From: Halobacteriaceae archaeon | GTDB lineage: Archaea; Halobacteriota; Halobacteria; Halobacteriales; Halobacteriaceae | Length of the DNA stretch: 48,569 nucleotides | Reading direction: 5' to 3' | Assembly: GCA_042216675.1 (NCBI GenBank) | Contig: JBDGTS010000019.1 | Location: 1 to 48,569, forward strand | Shown here: one piece after another, positions 38,763 to 48,444 of the stretch | Position numbering within the stretch: the first letter of the stretch is position 1 | How the letters are laid out: the number at the start of each line of letters is the position of its first letter | Notes under the pieces: model-generated | The model's input: only the letters and a program-made list of their open reading frames with translations | Told to the model about the DNA's origin: nothing | Database searches by the model: none | Position numbers and translations under genes: made by a program

Positions 38763-40166
38763 TCACCCGCCGCGCGCCCGCATCGCGTCGGTGAACCGCT
38801 CGGTGACGACGTTGGCGAGGATGGTCGTCAGCGACGATTCGGCTTCGGACTCGACCTCCGAGAACAGGCCGAGTGGTATCTGTGCGCCGGCCATGTCGGC
38901 GTGGCCGCCGGCGCTCCCGAGGTCGCCGAAGGCCGTCCTGAGCGTCGCACCGAGGTCCACGTCCGTACCGCGGGTCCGTGCGGAGAGGTACACCGTTCCG
39001 GCCATGAAGCCACAGACGAGCGTCGTCGAGACGCCCTCGAGGGCCAGCAGTCGGTCGGCGGCCTGCGCCAGCGTGTCCCGGTCGCTGATGGCGCCGACGC
39101 AACTGACCACCGTCTCGCCCTCGACTCGGCGGTTCCGAATCGCCCGCGCGATGGTGTCGAGGGTGTCACCGCTCATGCTTGGGCTCTCGATCTCCTCGAC
39201 GGCTTCCCGGTCCACGTGCGGGAGCAGATACGCCGCCGCCTCGAAGTCCTCTACCGCCGTCTCGCGCATGAAGTCGCTCGTGTCCACGTGGATGCCGTAC
39301 AGCAGTCCGGTCGCCACGTCCGCCTCGGGCGTGAGGCCGAACCCGCGCAGGTAGTCCGTGAGGAGCGTCGAGGTGGCGCCCACGTCGACGCGCACGTCCA
39401 CGAACTCCCCGGTCACCTCGTCTTCGCTCGGGTGGTGGTCGATGACGACGGCCGGCGTCACGTCTCGCGGGAGATGGTCGTTGACGCCGGGTTGCGAGTG
39501 GTCGACGAGGGCGAACGCCTCCGCGTCCGGCACCTCGTCCGTCGACAGATTCCGCAGGTCGTAGTCGAGGCGGTTCACGAGCGCTCGGTTCTCCTGATGG
39601 GAGATTTCGCCGTAGTACCAGACGTCCGCTGGGACGCCGAGCGAGCGTGCGATGCGGACCAGCGCCACCGCGGCGGCGATTGCATCGGGGTCCGGGTTCG
39701 AGTGGGGTACCACCGCCAGCGACCCGACGACGCCTTCGAGTGCGTTCCGAAGCCCACGGCGGTGGTTCACGTCGTCCACGCTCACGTCGTCGAGTTCGCC
39801 GAGAACGGCTGTGCCGGCGTCGATGCCCCGGTCGGCCCGCGACCGCATCCTGCGTCGCTGGTCGCGGCTGGCGTCGGTACCGAAAAACACGACGAGGTTC
39901 GCGTCGGGAAACGTCTCGGCGGCGGTGGTCGTCGCTCGCTCGTTCACGGCGGGGTCGTCGCCGGCGACGAATATCACGTCGGCTGGGCCGGCGTCGCGCA
40001 CCGTCTCCGGGTCCGTCGGGTCGCCGGTGCGCGCGTCGATGCCCTCGTTGCGAAGCGTCTCGACCCGGCTCGTGTCCTCCTCGATGACGTGGACGTCATC
40101 GGTTCCGAGGGCGCGCAAGACGGCGTTGCCCGGGGTACTACACCCGAGCACGAGCCGGGAAACCAT
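38763..40166 (-). CDS. DHH/DHHA1 phosphoesterase with N-terminal TrkA/RCK-N-like domain
   Basis: HSNPDPDA, LVDH, IDHH, GIHVDT, SAR, GGHADMAG; N-terminal Rossmann-like region (LVLGC, GDPTDPET). Confidence 0.88.
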   Translation of the reverse strand: MVSRLVLGCSTPGNAVLRALGTDDVHVIEEDTSRVETLRNEGIDARTGDPTDPETVRDAGPADVIFVAGDDPAVNERATTTAAETFPDANLVVFFGTDASRDQRRRMRSRADRGIDAGTAVLGELDDVSVDDVNHRRGLRNALEGVVGSLAVVPHSNPDPDAIAAAVALVRIARSLGVPADVWYYGEISHQENRALVNRLDYDLRNLSTDEVPDAEAFALVDHSQPGVNDHLPRDVTPAVVIDHHPSEDEVTGEFVDVRVDVGATSTLLTDYLRGFGLTPEADVATGLLYGIHVDTSDFMRETAVEDFEAAAYLLPHVDREAVEEIESPSMSGDTLDTIARAIRNRRVEGETVVSCVGAISDRDTLAQAADRLLALEGVSTTLVCGFMAGTVYLSARTRGTDVDLGATLRTAFGDLGSAGGHADMAGAQIPLGLFSEVESEAESSLTTILANVVTERFTDAMRARGG

Positions 40167-40178
40167 CTGTGGGTGAGC

Positions 40179-41669
40179 CTACCCGAGCAGTCCGCCCGCG
40201 GCCGAGATGGCCGTCTCGGCCACAGGGTTGAACACGACCAGCAGGCCGACGGTCACGGCGGCCGCGACCATCAGCGCCGCGTAGATGCCGACGGGCCGGC
40301 TGTCGATGTCGAAGCCATCGTCGTCGGCCTCCTCTATCCACATCGCCTTCACGACGCGGGAGTAGTAGAACAGCGACAGTGCGCTGTTCACCGCCGCGAT
40401 GAGCGCCAGCCACGCGTAGCCCGCGCCCACGGCGCCCATGAAGAGGACGTACTTCGACAGGAAGCCGGCGCCGACGGGAAGGCCGGCGAGGCTGAACATG
40501 AAGACGGTCATCGCGACGCAGGCCAGCGGTGCCTCCGACGCGAGGCCGTTGTAGTCCTCGAACGTGCGGCCCACGTCCCAGTGCTCCGTGAGCGCGATGA
40601 ACAGGAACGCGCCGGTGTTCATGAAGCCGTAGACGAGGAGGTGCATCATGCTCGCACCGAGCACCAGGTCACCGCCGCCGTCGAGGGCCGCGAGGCCGAT
40701 GAGGACGTAGCCGGCGTGTCCGATGGAGGAGTACGCCAGCATCCGCTTGACCTCCTCTTGGGTCGCGGCCGCGAAGTTGCCGAGCGTCATCGTGACGACG
40801 GCCAGTACCGCGAACAGCAGCGCCCAGTCGATGCCGAGTTCGGTGACCGCCTCCAGCGGGAACGCGACGGTGAAGACGCGGAACGCCAGCACGAAGCCGG
40901 CGGCCTTCGACGCCGAGGAGAGGAACGCCGACACCGGCGCGGGCGCGCCCTCGTACGCCTCCGGCGCCCAGAAGTGGAACGGGACGCTCGCCGTCTTGAA
41001 CGCGAGGCCGCCCGCGACCATCAGGACGCCGAGTCCGAGGACGCCGACGGCTTCGGCGGCCGAGAGTGCCTGAGCGACTGCCGTGAACCGAAGGCTCCCC
41101 GTCGAGACGTACACGAGGCTGATACCGTAGGCCATCACCGCACTCGACAGCGCGCCGATGAGGAAGTACTTCAGCCCGGCCTCGACGCTCCCGCGGTTGC
41201 TCTTCAGGAACGCCACGAGCGCGTAGGACGGGAGGCTCGCGAGTTCGAGCGCGACGAAGGCCGTGGTGAGCGAGTTCGCACTCGCCATCAGGCTCATGCC
41301 CGTCGCCGCGAGCATCACCAGCGCGTAGTACGCGGCGGCGTGCTTCTGGTCGCGGACGTAGTCGTAGCTCGCGAGGATGACCAGCGTGGTGACGCTGGCG
41401 AACACGACGGTGAAGAACAGACTCGTCCCGTCGACCACGAGGTCACCGCCGAACTCGGAGATGAGCCCCCCCGTCTCGGGCTGGCCGGTCCCCGCCGCGA
41501 GGAACCACGCGGCCACCGCGCCAGCGGCGATGGTGCCGATGGCGGAGATGCCCGCGAGGACGCCGTCGCGCCGCGAGTGCGGCCAAGCGGAGTCGAACAG
41601 CAGTACCAGCAGTGCGGTCAGACCCAGCAGAATCTGGGGCGTCAGTGGGTGTGCCTGAATGGTCGCCAT
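40179..41669 (-). CDS. nuoN: Complex I-like oxidoreductase subunit N
   Basis: EAGLKYF, FKTASVPFHFWAPEAYEGAP, KRMLAYSSIGH. Confidence 0.95.
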   Translation of the reverse strand: MATIQAHPLTPQILLGLTALLVLLFDSAWPHSRRDGVLAGISAIGTIAAGAVAAWFLAAGTGQPETGGLISEFGGDLVVDGTSLFFTVVFASVTTLVILASYDYVRDQKHAAAYYALVMLAATGMSLMASANSLTTAFVALELASLPSYALVAFLKSNRGSVEAGLKYFLIGALSSAVMAYGISLVYVSTGSLRFTAVAQALSAAEAVGVLGLGVLMVAGGLAFKTASVPFHFWAPEAYEGAPAPVSAFLSSASKAAGFVLAFRVFTVAFPLEAVTELGIDWALLFAVLAVVTMTLGNFAAATQEEVKRMLAYSSIGHAGYVLIGLAALDGGGDLVLGASMMHLLVYGFMNTGAFLFIALTEHWDVGRTFEDYNGLASEAPLACVAMTVFMFSLAGLPVGAGFLSKYVLFMGAVGAGYAWLALIAAVNSALSLFYYSRVVKAMWIEEADDDGFDIDSRPVGIYAALMVAAAVTVGLLVVFNPVAETAISAAGGLLG

Positions 41670-43247
41670 CTATGCACCACCTCCGATGAGCGCGGCGGCG
41701 GTGTCGTGGGCCGCCTCGGCGCCGCCGTTCTCCGCGAGGTCGACGACCGCGCCCTGAATCTGGTCGTAGAACAGTTCCGGCGCGGTGCCCAGCGTGATGA
41801 TCGCGAGGAGCAACACGACGAGGGGCACCACGTCGTGGACCGCCGCGGGCGTAATCTCGTAGTCCTCCGCGGTGAAGAACGGCCCGAAGAGGCTCCGCTG
41901 CATCGCGTACAGCAGGTAGCCCGCCACGATGACGATGCCGAACATCGACACGGCGGTGAACAGCGGGGCCGATCCGAGCACCGAGGAGTGGAACGCGCCG
42001 AGGAAGACGAAGAACTCGGCGGCGAACCCGCTCATCAGCGGGAGGCCCATGTAACCGAACGCCGCCGCGACGAAGACGGCGGCGGTGACCGGCATCCGGT
42101 CGGCGACGCCCGAGAGGTCGCCGACCATCCGCGTGTGCGCCGTGTTGTAGATGACGCCGACGCACATGAACATCAGCCCGGAGATGAGGCCGTGGCTGAT
42201 CATCTGGAACGTGGCCCCGCCGAGTCCGTACGTCGTGTAGGCCACGAGGCCGAGGATGACGTACCCCATCGAAGAGATAGAGGAGTACGCGACGATGCGT
42301 TTGAGGTCCGACTGCGCCAGCGCGAGCATCGCGCCGTAGATGACCGACACCGCCGCGAACACGGCGATGAGTTCGGCGTGCTCGGCGGCCACCTCGGGGA
42401 GCATCGTGAAGTTGAACCGCAGGAGCGCGTACGTCCCCATCTTCAGCATGACCCCCGCCAACATCACCGACGCGGGCGTGGGGGCTTCGACGTGGGCGTC
42501 CGGAAGCCACGTGTGGACTGGGACGAGGGGCACCTTCACGGCGAACCCGGCGAACAGGGCGAGGAAGGCGAGTCCCTTCAGCGTCTCCGGCCCGACGCCG
42601 GCGAGCGAGCCGAGTTGGCCCGCGCGGAGGGACTGGGCGATGAGCGGCAGGTCGAATGACGTCACCGGGAGCGCGAACACGAGCGCCACGAACCCGATGA
42701 ACATCACCAGACTCGCGATGTTCGTGTAGACGAAGAACTTAATGGCGGCGTAGCGCCGGCGCGGTCCGCCCCAGACGCCGATGATGACGTACATCGGCAC
42801 GAGGACGAACTCCCAGAACACGAACCAGAGGAAGAAGTCCAGCGCGACGAACACGCCGAGCAGCGACGCCTCCATGAACAGCATGAGGCCGTAGAACTGC
42901 GACTGGCGCTCGTCGATGGGCGTCCACGCGCTCAGTATGGCCGCGGACGTGAGGATGGTCGTCAGAACCACGAGCGGCATGCTGATGCCGTCGAGGCCGA
43001 CGTGCCAGTTCAGCGCGTAGATGTCGCCCAACTGGATCCACGTCGTGTTCGTCTCGAAGGCGAGTTCGCCGCTCTCCAGCAGGGCGTTGCCGTGCCCGTC
43101 GAAGTTGAGGTACATCCAGATGCTCCCCGCCAGCGGCACGAGGCTGAGCGCGAGCGCCAGTTTCTTCGCCACCGCGTCGGGGGCGAGCATCACGACGACG
43201 GCGCTCAGTGCCGTCACGGCCAGCAGTGCTTCGATGGCGCCGACCAT
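41670..43247 (-). CDS. nuoM: Complex I-like oxidoreductase subunit M
   Basis: LDGIS, FWE, PVHTWLPDAHVEAP, LKMGTY; TGATG overlap with nuoL. Confidence 0.95.
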   Translation of the reverse strand: MVGAIEALLAVTALSAVVVMLAPDAVAKKLALALSLVPLAGSIWMYLNFDGHGNALLESGELAFETNTTWIQLGDIYALNWHVGLDGISMPLVVLTTILTSAAILSAWTPIDERQSQFYGLMLFMEASLLGVFVALDFFLWFVFWEFVLVPMYVIIGVWGGPRRRYAAIKFFVYTNIASLVMFIGFVALVFALPVTSFDLPLIAQSLRAGQLGSLAGVGPETLKGLAFLALFAGFAVKVPLVPVHTWLPDAHVEAPTPASVMLAGVMLKMGTYALLRFNFTMLPEVAAEHAELIAVFAAVSVIYGAMLALAQSDLKRIVAYSSISSMGYVILGLVAYTTYGLGGATFQMISHGLISGLMFMCVGVIYNTAHTRMVGDLSGVADRMPVTAAVFVAAAFGYMGLPLMSGFAAEFFVFLGAFHSSVLGSAPLFTAVSMFGIVIVAGYLLYAMQRSLFGPFFTAEDYEITPAAVHDVVPLVVLLLAIITLGTAPELFYDQIQGAVVDLAENGGAEAAHDTAAALIGGGA

Positions 43248-45292
43248 CAGAACCACCCCCCGAGGAGCGCGAAGGCGAGGATGAGCGCCGTTAGCCCCAG
43301 CGTGAGCAGCGCCGCGTAGGTGCTGACCACGCCGGTCTGGAGCTTGCGGACGTTCCGCCCGCTCATCCGACTCGCGCTGCTGATGCCGTTCACCACGCCG
43401 TCGACGACGCTCTGGTCGAACATGTCGGCGGCGCGGGCGACGCGGAGTGTGAGTCCCTCAGCGAGCCACACCTGATACTCGTCTTGATAGTAGTTGTTGT
43501 AGAGCACGGTCTTCACGCTGCCGAGTTTGTCCGTGTGGACGACGGGGTCCCGCACGGCGTACAGCCGCCACGCGAGGAGCGCCCCGGAGACAGCCAGCGC
43601 GAGCGAGACTGCCGCGCCGGCGAGCGCGAGGTTCGTCTCACCGAGTCCGGCGGTGCCGACAGTGTAGCCGGACTCGTGCAGCAGTTCCCCGTAGTGGTGC
43701 GCGCCGGTCGGCTCGAACTTGTCGAGCCACTGGTGGAGATACTCGATGTGTGCGCCCGTCAGCTTCGCCACCGGCGTCATGTTGATGAGGCCGATAGTGG
43801 CCGCGAGGACGCCCAACACGGCCAGCGGGAACTTCACGTTCCAGCCGACGCCGTGGGGGTCTTCGGCCGTCTCGGTGCGCGCCTCGCCGTGGAAGGTGAG
43901 CGCGACCATCCGGAACGTGTAGAAGCCGGTGAAGAAGACGGCGAGCAGGCCCATCGCGTACGCCACGAGCAGGACCGTACTGCCGCCGAGGCCGTGGGCG
44001 AGGGCCTCGTACAGCACCTCGTCCTTCGACCAGAAGCCGGCGAAGGGGACGATGCCCGCGAGCGCGAGCGACCCCGAGAGGAACGTCCAGTAGGTGACGG
44101 GCATCTTCTCGCGGAGATTGCCCATGTCCCACATGTTCTCGTTGTGGTGCATCGCGATGATGACCGACCCGGCGCCGAGGAACAGGAGCGCCTTGAACAC
44201 GGCGTGGGTGAGCAGGTGGAACGTCGCGGCCACGTAGCCGCCCGCTCCGAGTCCCAGCATCATGTAGCCGTACTGCGAGATGGTGGAGTACGCGAGCACC
44301 TGCTTGAGTTCGTTTTTGACGACGGCCATCGTCGCCGCGAACAGCGCCGTGAAGCCGCCGACGAGCGCGATGACGGCCAGCACGTCCGGTAGGAGCGCGT
44401 AGAAGCCGTACATCCGCGCGACGAGGTAGACGCCGGCCGCGACCATCGTCGCCGCGTGGATGAGCGCGGAGACGGGCGTCGGGCCCTCCATCGCGTCGGG
44501 GAGCCACGTGTGGAGCGGGAACTGCGCGGACTTGCCGATGACGCCGCCCAAGACGAGGAGGCCGACGACAGGGAACCACGCCTCCGGTCCCATTCCGAGG
44601 AACGTGTTCACCGTGGCCTCGCCGTGGAGCGCCTGCTCCGCGAGGTGCGGAAAGCCGTGGTGCTCGCCCGTGCCGACGAAGCGCGACGTGCCGAACGTGG
44701 CGATGGTCGCGACGACGCCGATGAGGAAGAAGTAGTCCCCGAAGCGGGTCACGAGGAACGCCTTCTTCGCGGCGCTCGCGGGGCCGGGCTCGCGGAACCA
44801 GAAGCCGATGAGGAGGTAGGAGCACAGGCCCACCAGTTCGAAGAACATGAACGCCATCAACAGGTTGTCCGCGAGGACGAAGGCGAGCATGCTCGCCGAG
44901 AACAGGCCCAGACCGGCGTAGTAGCGCGGGAGCCCGGTCTCGCCCTCGTCGTTCATGTAGCCAAGCGAGAAGACGTGGACGAGCGTCGCGATGAGCGACA
45001 CGATGGCGAGCATCATCGCCGACAGCGGGTCGATGAGCACGCCGAAGTGCAGGTCGAAGGTGCCCTGTCCGGCCACCCACGTGTAGATGGACTTGTTCAC
45101 CGTCTCGCCGCCGGCGACGGCGACGGCGAGCCACAGCGACAGCACGAGGGACAGTCCAGTCGCCGCGATGCCGGGAATCGCGCCGCCCTTCGGCAGGGCG
45201 CGCGGCGCGAAGTACCCGACGACGACCGCGATGACGAACGATGCAAACGGCAACAGCGGGATCAGCGGAGCGAGGTCGAATGGCATACTCAT
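43247..45292 (-). CDS. nuoL: Complex I-like oxidoreductase subunit L
   Basis: KSAQFPLHTWLPDAMEGPTPVSALIHAATMV, HAVFKALLFL, GFWSKD. Confidence 0.96.
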   Translation of the reverse strand: MSMPFDLAPLIPLLPFASFVIAVVVGYFAPRALPKGGAIPGIAATGLSLVLSLWLAVAVAGGETVNKSIYTWVAGQGTFDLHFGVLIDPLSAMMLAIVSLIATLVHVFSLGYMNDEGETGLPRYYAGLGLFSASMLAFVLADNLLMAFMFFELVGLCSYLLIGFWFREPGPASAAKKAFLVTRFGDYFFLIGVVATIATFGTSRFVGTGEHHGFPHLAEQALHGEATVNTFLGMGPEAWFPVVGLLVLGGVIGKSAQFPLHTWLPDAMEGPTPVSALIHAATMVAAGVYLVARMYGFYALLPDVLAVIALVGGFTALFAATMAVVKNELKQVLAYSTISQYGYMMLGLGAGGYVAATFHLLTHAVFKALLFLGAGSVIIAMHHNENMWDMGNLREKMPVTYWTFLSGSLALAGIVPFAGFWSKDEVLYEALAHGLGGSTVLLVAYAMGLLAVFFTGFYTFRMVALTFHGEARTETAEDPHGVGWNVKFPLAVLGVLAATIGLINMTPVAKLTGAHIEYLHQWLDKFEPTGAHHYGELLHESGYTVGTAGLGETNLALAGAAVSLALAVSGALLAWRLYAVRDPVVHTDKLGSVKTVLYNNYYQDEYQVWLAEGLTLRVARAADMFDQSVVDGVVNGISSASRMSGRNVRKLQTGVVSTYAALLTLGLTALILAFALLGGWF

Positions 45293-45293
45293 G

Positions 45294-45599
45294 TTACCAC
45301 CTCATGGTCGTCGCCTCTGTCACGTCCACGTCCCGGAAGTTCCGGTAGAGGACGAGGATGATGCTGAGACCGACGGCGACCTCTGCGGCGGCGAGCGCCA
45401 TGGTGAACAGGCTGAACACCTGCCCGGTGAGGTTACCGTGGTACAGCGAGAACGCCACGAGATTGATGTTCGCGGCGTTCAGCATTAGTTCGACCGACAT
45501 CAGGAACAGCAGGGCGTTCCGGCGGGTCAGGATGCCGAACACGCCGATGCAGAACACCGCGGCCGACAGCAGGAGGTAGTACTCCATCGGGACCGCCAT
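45294..45599 (-). CDS. nuoK: Complex I-like oxidoreductase subunit K
   Basis: LMSVELMLNAANIN, AAAEVAVGL. Confidence 0.95.
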   Translation of the reverse strand: MAVPMEYYLLLSAAVFCIGVFGILTRRNALLFLMSVELMLNAANINLVAFSLYHGNLTGQVFSLFTMALAAAEVAVGLSIILVLYRNFRDVDVTEATTMRW

Positions 45600-45928
45600 C
45601 AGCTCTCACCTCCGTCGTCGACCGGGTCGATCGGTTGCCCGTCCTCTTTCTCGTCACGGCGGGCGAGCATCACCGCGCCCACCACGGCGGCGACGAGAAC
45701 GACGTCGATAATCTCGAACGCCGCGAGCATCCCCTCGCTCGCGACGTCCGCGCCGCCGAGGTTGAACATGGCGTAGCCGATGCTCGCCGTAATCGAGGCG
45801 TCGCCCGGGAAGCCCGCCGCCTCGCCGAACTCAGCGCCGACGAACACCGCCGCCATGACGGCGAACAGCGCAACAGCCGCCAGCCCCCGAAGCTTGCTCC
45901 CCCGGTACAGTCGCGGCCACGACGCCAT
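45599..45928 (-). CDS. nuoJ2: NuoJ C-terminal half (split nuoJ)
   Basis: IGYAMF..FEIIDVVLVAAVVGAVMLAR; coupled by overlaps on both sides. Confidence 0.85.
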   Translation of the reverse strand: MASWPRLYRGSKLRGLAAVALFAVMAAVFVGAEFGEAAGFPGDASITASIGYAMFNLGGADVASEGMLAAFEIIDVVLVAAVVGAVMLARRDEKEDGQPIDPVDDGGES

Positions 45929-46191
45929 CAGGCCGTCACCTCCGTGTTCTGGTTGCGCGTGAGCATCACGGCGAACGTGATGAGGATGAGTACCCCGCCG
46001 ACGTACACGAGAATCTGCATGGCGGCGAGGAACTCGGCCTGTAGCATCACGTAGTGGACCGCGAAGCTCAACAGTGCCGCCCCGAGCAGTAACGCGGAGT
46101 GCCAGACGTCCCGCGCGAGGACGACACCCAGGCTGCTCGCCACTGTCACAAACGCGAACAGCCCGAACGCGAACGTTTCAACAACTGGCAT
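45928..46191 (-). CDS. nuoJ1: NuoJ N-terminal half (split nuoJ)
   Basis: HSALLL, AEFLAAMQILVYVGGVLILITFAVML; start MPVVETF (ATG 46191). Confidence 0.9.
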   Translation of the reverse strand: MPVVETFAFGLFAFVTVASSLGVVLARDVWHSALLLGAALLSFAVHYVMLQAEFLAAMQILVYVGGVLILITFAVMLTRNQNTEVTA

Positions 46192-46236
46192 TATGGGGTC
46201 ATTCAGAGGAGAGCCCTTTGAAGATTTCGAGACGTG

Positions 46237-46461
46237 CGCGGTGCGAGGGAGCGAAGCGACCGAGCACCGCGACGAAGCGAGTGGGGAACGGAGTGACCCG
46301 CGAGCCGTGCGTGATTCTGAGTGGGGCGGCGACCGAGCACCGCGACGAAGCGAGTGGGGAACGGAGTGACCCGCGAGCCGTGCGTGATTCTGAGTGGGGC
46401 GGCGACCGAGCACCGCGACGAAGCGAGCGGGGAACGGAGTGACCCGCGAGCCGTGCGCGAT
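46237..46461 (+). repeat. Tandem 73-bp repeat (about 2.8 copies) built from G.A-mismatch hairpins
   Basis: Unit GCGACCGAGCACCGCGACGAAGCGAGTGGGGAACGGAGTGACCCGCGAGCCGTGCGTGATTCTGAGTGGGGCG starts at 46256, 46329 and 46402; a leading hairpin spans 46237-46271. Confidence 0.92.
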
Positions 46462-46531
46462 GCGAGACGGTCACTTCGACCGCGGTTTCACTCTCCGAAA
46501 GGCACTGCCCCCGGCGCGTGCAAGTGACGGC

Positions 46532-47536
46532 GTGAACCGACGGTCCCTCCTCCGCTGTGGCGCGCCCGCGGTCCTCGGCGCTGTCGCCGGGTGCTCCGCG
46601 CTCGCGACAGACGCGCCGAACGTGAATCCGTCGACCGGCCTCGACCAAGACACGAGCGCCGCCCTCGACGACAGACCGGTGGCCCGCCTCGGCGACGTGG
46701 CCGCGCTCCCCGCGCCACCCGCCGAAACCGACGCGCTCTCGGACGCTCGGGTCGCACTCGCCACCGCTGACGCCGACGTGGCGCGCCTCGCGGACGCCAT
46801 GCGCGACGGCACGACAGTCGCGTTCGCCGGCCCCGAGTGCCAAGCCGCCCTCCGGACGGTGCTCACGACTGTTGGCGACGACTTCCACTACGGCGTCGAA
46901 TCTATCTCGGGGCGACCGGTCGAACTCGTCGTCGCCGAACCGCGAGGCGACGCGGTGGCCACCTACCAGTTCGTCGCGGAGGGCGGCTGGGACGACCCGA
47001 TACTGGACCCCCTCGGCTGGGCGCTCGTCGGGCGCACGCCCGAGTGCGACACGTTCGTCCCCGAGCGCTCGGACGCGGACGCGTTCGCGCGACTCGGCGC
47101 GACGCACGTCGCCGGCCGCCTGCCCACGGGTGAGACGTACGCCTCGCGCACCGTCGGACACGAGCGTGAGGGGCAACTCCGTCTCCACACGGCCGTCCAC
47201 GCCGCGTCCTCGGGTGGGTATCCGGTCGCCGAGACGCGCCGCGTCGCCGACTTTCCGAACGACGGGGCTCTCGCGAAATGGTTCCCGAACCCACACGAAC
47301 AAAACGGCGTCGAGGCGTCGAACCACTCGGACCCGGTGGCCGAGCGCCTCGACGTGTCGTTCTCGCCCACGGGCGACCGCACGCGCGGCGCGATGACCGG
47401 GTGCTGTGGCGTCACCGCCACCGACGCGCTCGGATACGACTACGCGCTCCGCTGTCGCTGGACGCGCGACGGGCTGTTCGGGTCGAACACCCGCCACGGC
47501 GGCGCCGAGGGCCGCGGCGAGTGGCACGTCCGGTAG
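46532..47536 (+). CDS. Tat-exported lipoprotein of unknown function
   Basis: GTG start; NRRSLL twin-arginine motif and VAGC lipobox. Confidence 0.75.
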   Translation: MNRRSLLRCGAPAVLGAVAGCSALATDAPNVNPSTGLDQDTSAALDDRPVARLGDVAALPAPPAETDALSDARVALATADADVARLADAMRDGTTVAFAGPECQAALRTVLTTVGDDFHYGVESISGRPVELVVAEPRGDAVATYQFVAEGGWDDPILDPLGWALVGRTPECDTFVPERSDADAFARLGATHVAGRLPTGETYASRTVGHEREGQLRLHTAVHAASSGGYPVAETRRVADFPNDGALAKWFPNPHEQNGVEASNHSDPVAERLDVSFSPTGDRTRGAMTGCCGVTATDALGYDYALRCRWTRDGLFGSNTRHGGAEGRGEWHVR

Positions 47537-47537
47537 C

Positions 47538-48437
47538 CTATCGGAGTTCCGCACGAATCGCGCGCCGCTTCACCAGCGCGAACCCGGCGAGGATGCACGT
47601 GAAGCCCACGGCGGTCGGTACGCCGACGCCATGTCCGAGCAACACGAACCCCGTCGCCGCCGCCGTCACGGGCGTCGCGTAGGAGATGAGGTTGATTTCG
47701 ACGGCGCCGAGGCGGTCCAACAGGTCGAAATAAATCACGTAGCCGAACGCGCTCGCGACGAGGGCGAGATACGCCAGCGACCAGAGCGCCGTCGGCGTCC
47801 ACTCCGCGGCCGCCAGCGACTCGCTCGGAAGCGCCCCGCTGACGGCGTGGAGCAAGACCGCACCGAGCGCCATCGACCACGCGACGCGCCCTTCCGTGCT
47901 GACGTCGGCGTCGAACCGCCGCACGAGGACGCTCCCCACCGCGACGCTCGTCGCCGCGCCGAACACGAGGAGCGCCCCGCGGGTGCTTCCAGTCCAGAGG
48001 GCGCTCGGGTCAGGGCGCGCGATGACGGCGACGCCGACGAAGCCCAGTCCCACGCCAGCGACGCCCGCCGGCCCCAGTCGTTCAGAGGGGAGGAGTGCGC
48101 GTGCGAGCACGGTCGTCAAGACCGGATTGAGACCGACCAGCACCGCCGCGACGGCGCCCGTGACGTACTGCTGGCCGAGAAAGAGGAACGCGTTGTAGCC
48201 GGCGATGATGGCCGCGCCGCCGACGGCGACTGTCGCCCAGTCGGCGTGGCTCCGGGGCCGCCAGTCCTCGACGGCGAGGGCGCAGTACGCCAGCGTCACG
48301 ACCGCGGCCACGTCGTATCGCAGGGCTGCGTAGAGGACCGGCGGGACGTGCCGGATGCCGGTCTCGATGGCGACGAACGCCGCGCCCCACACCGCCGCGA
48401 GCGTCAGAAAGAGACCGAAATCCCGGCGTCGGGACAC
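47538..48437 (-). CDS. EamA/DMT family transporter
   Basis: AVWGAAF, ALRY, ERL, SAFGYVIYF, SYATPV; about 10 TM. Confidence 0.92.
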   Translation of the reverse strand: MSRRRDFGLFLTLAAVWGAAFVAIETGIRHVPPVLYAALRYDVAAVVTLAYCALAVEDWRPRSHADWATVAVGGAAIIAGYNAFLFLGQQYVTGAVAAVLVGLNPVLTTVLARALLPSERLGPAGVAGVGLGFVGVAVIARPDPSALWTGSTRGALLVFGAATSVAVGSVLVRRFDADVSTEGRVAWSMALGAVLLHAVSGALPSESLAAAEWTPTALWSLAYLALVASAFGYVIYFDLLDRLGAVEINLISYATPVTAAATGFVLLGHGVGVPTAVGFTCILAGFALVKRRAIRAELR

Positions 48438-48444
48438 GTCGTCG

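Noticed and set aside
38901-42659. 1252-aa + strand ORF and similar long ORFs (35718-37883, 19371-21602, 32513-34048)
   Set aside because: Antisense or off-frame shadows of well-supported genes (nuoMN/DHH, acs, gdhA, coxA), expected at high GC; no recognisable motifs.
45599-46191. Split nuoJ as a frameshift or pseudogene
   Set aside because: Both halves have proper starts and coupled stops, and a two-gene nuoJ is the usual haloarchaeal arrangement.
46256-46461. 73-bp periodic repeat as a CRISPR array
   Set aside because: Whole units are near-identical with no unique spacers, and there are no cas genes in the window.
45928-46531. N-terminal extensions of nuoJ1 and the lipoprotein running into the repeat
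   Set aside because: They are translations of the DNA repeat. Better starts exist at 46191 and 46532.
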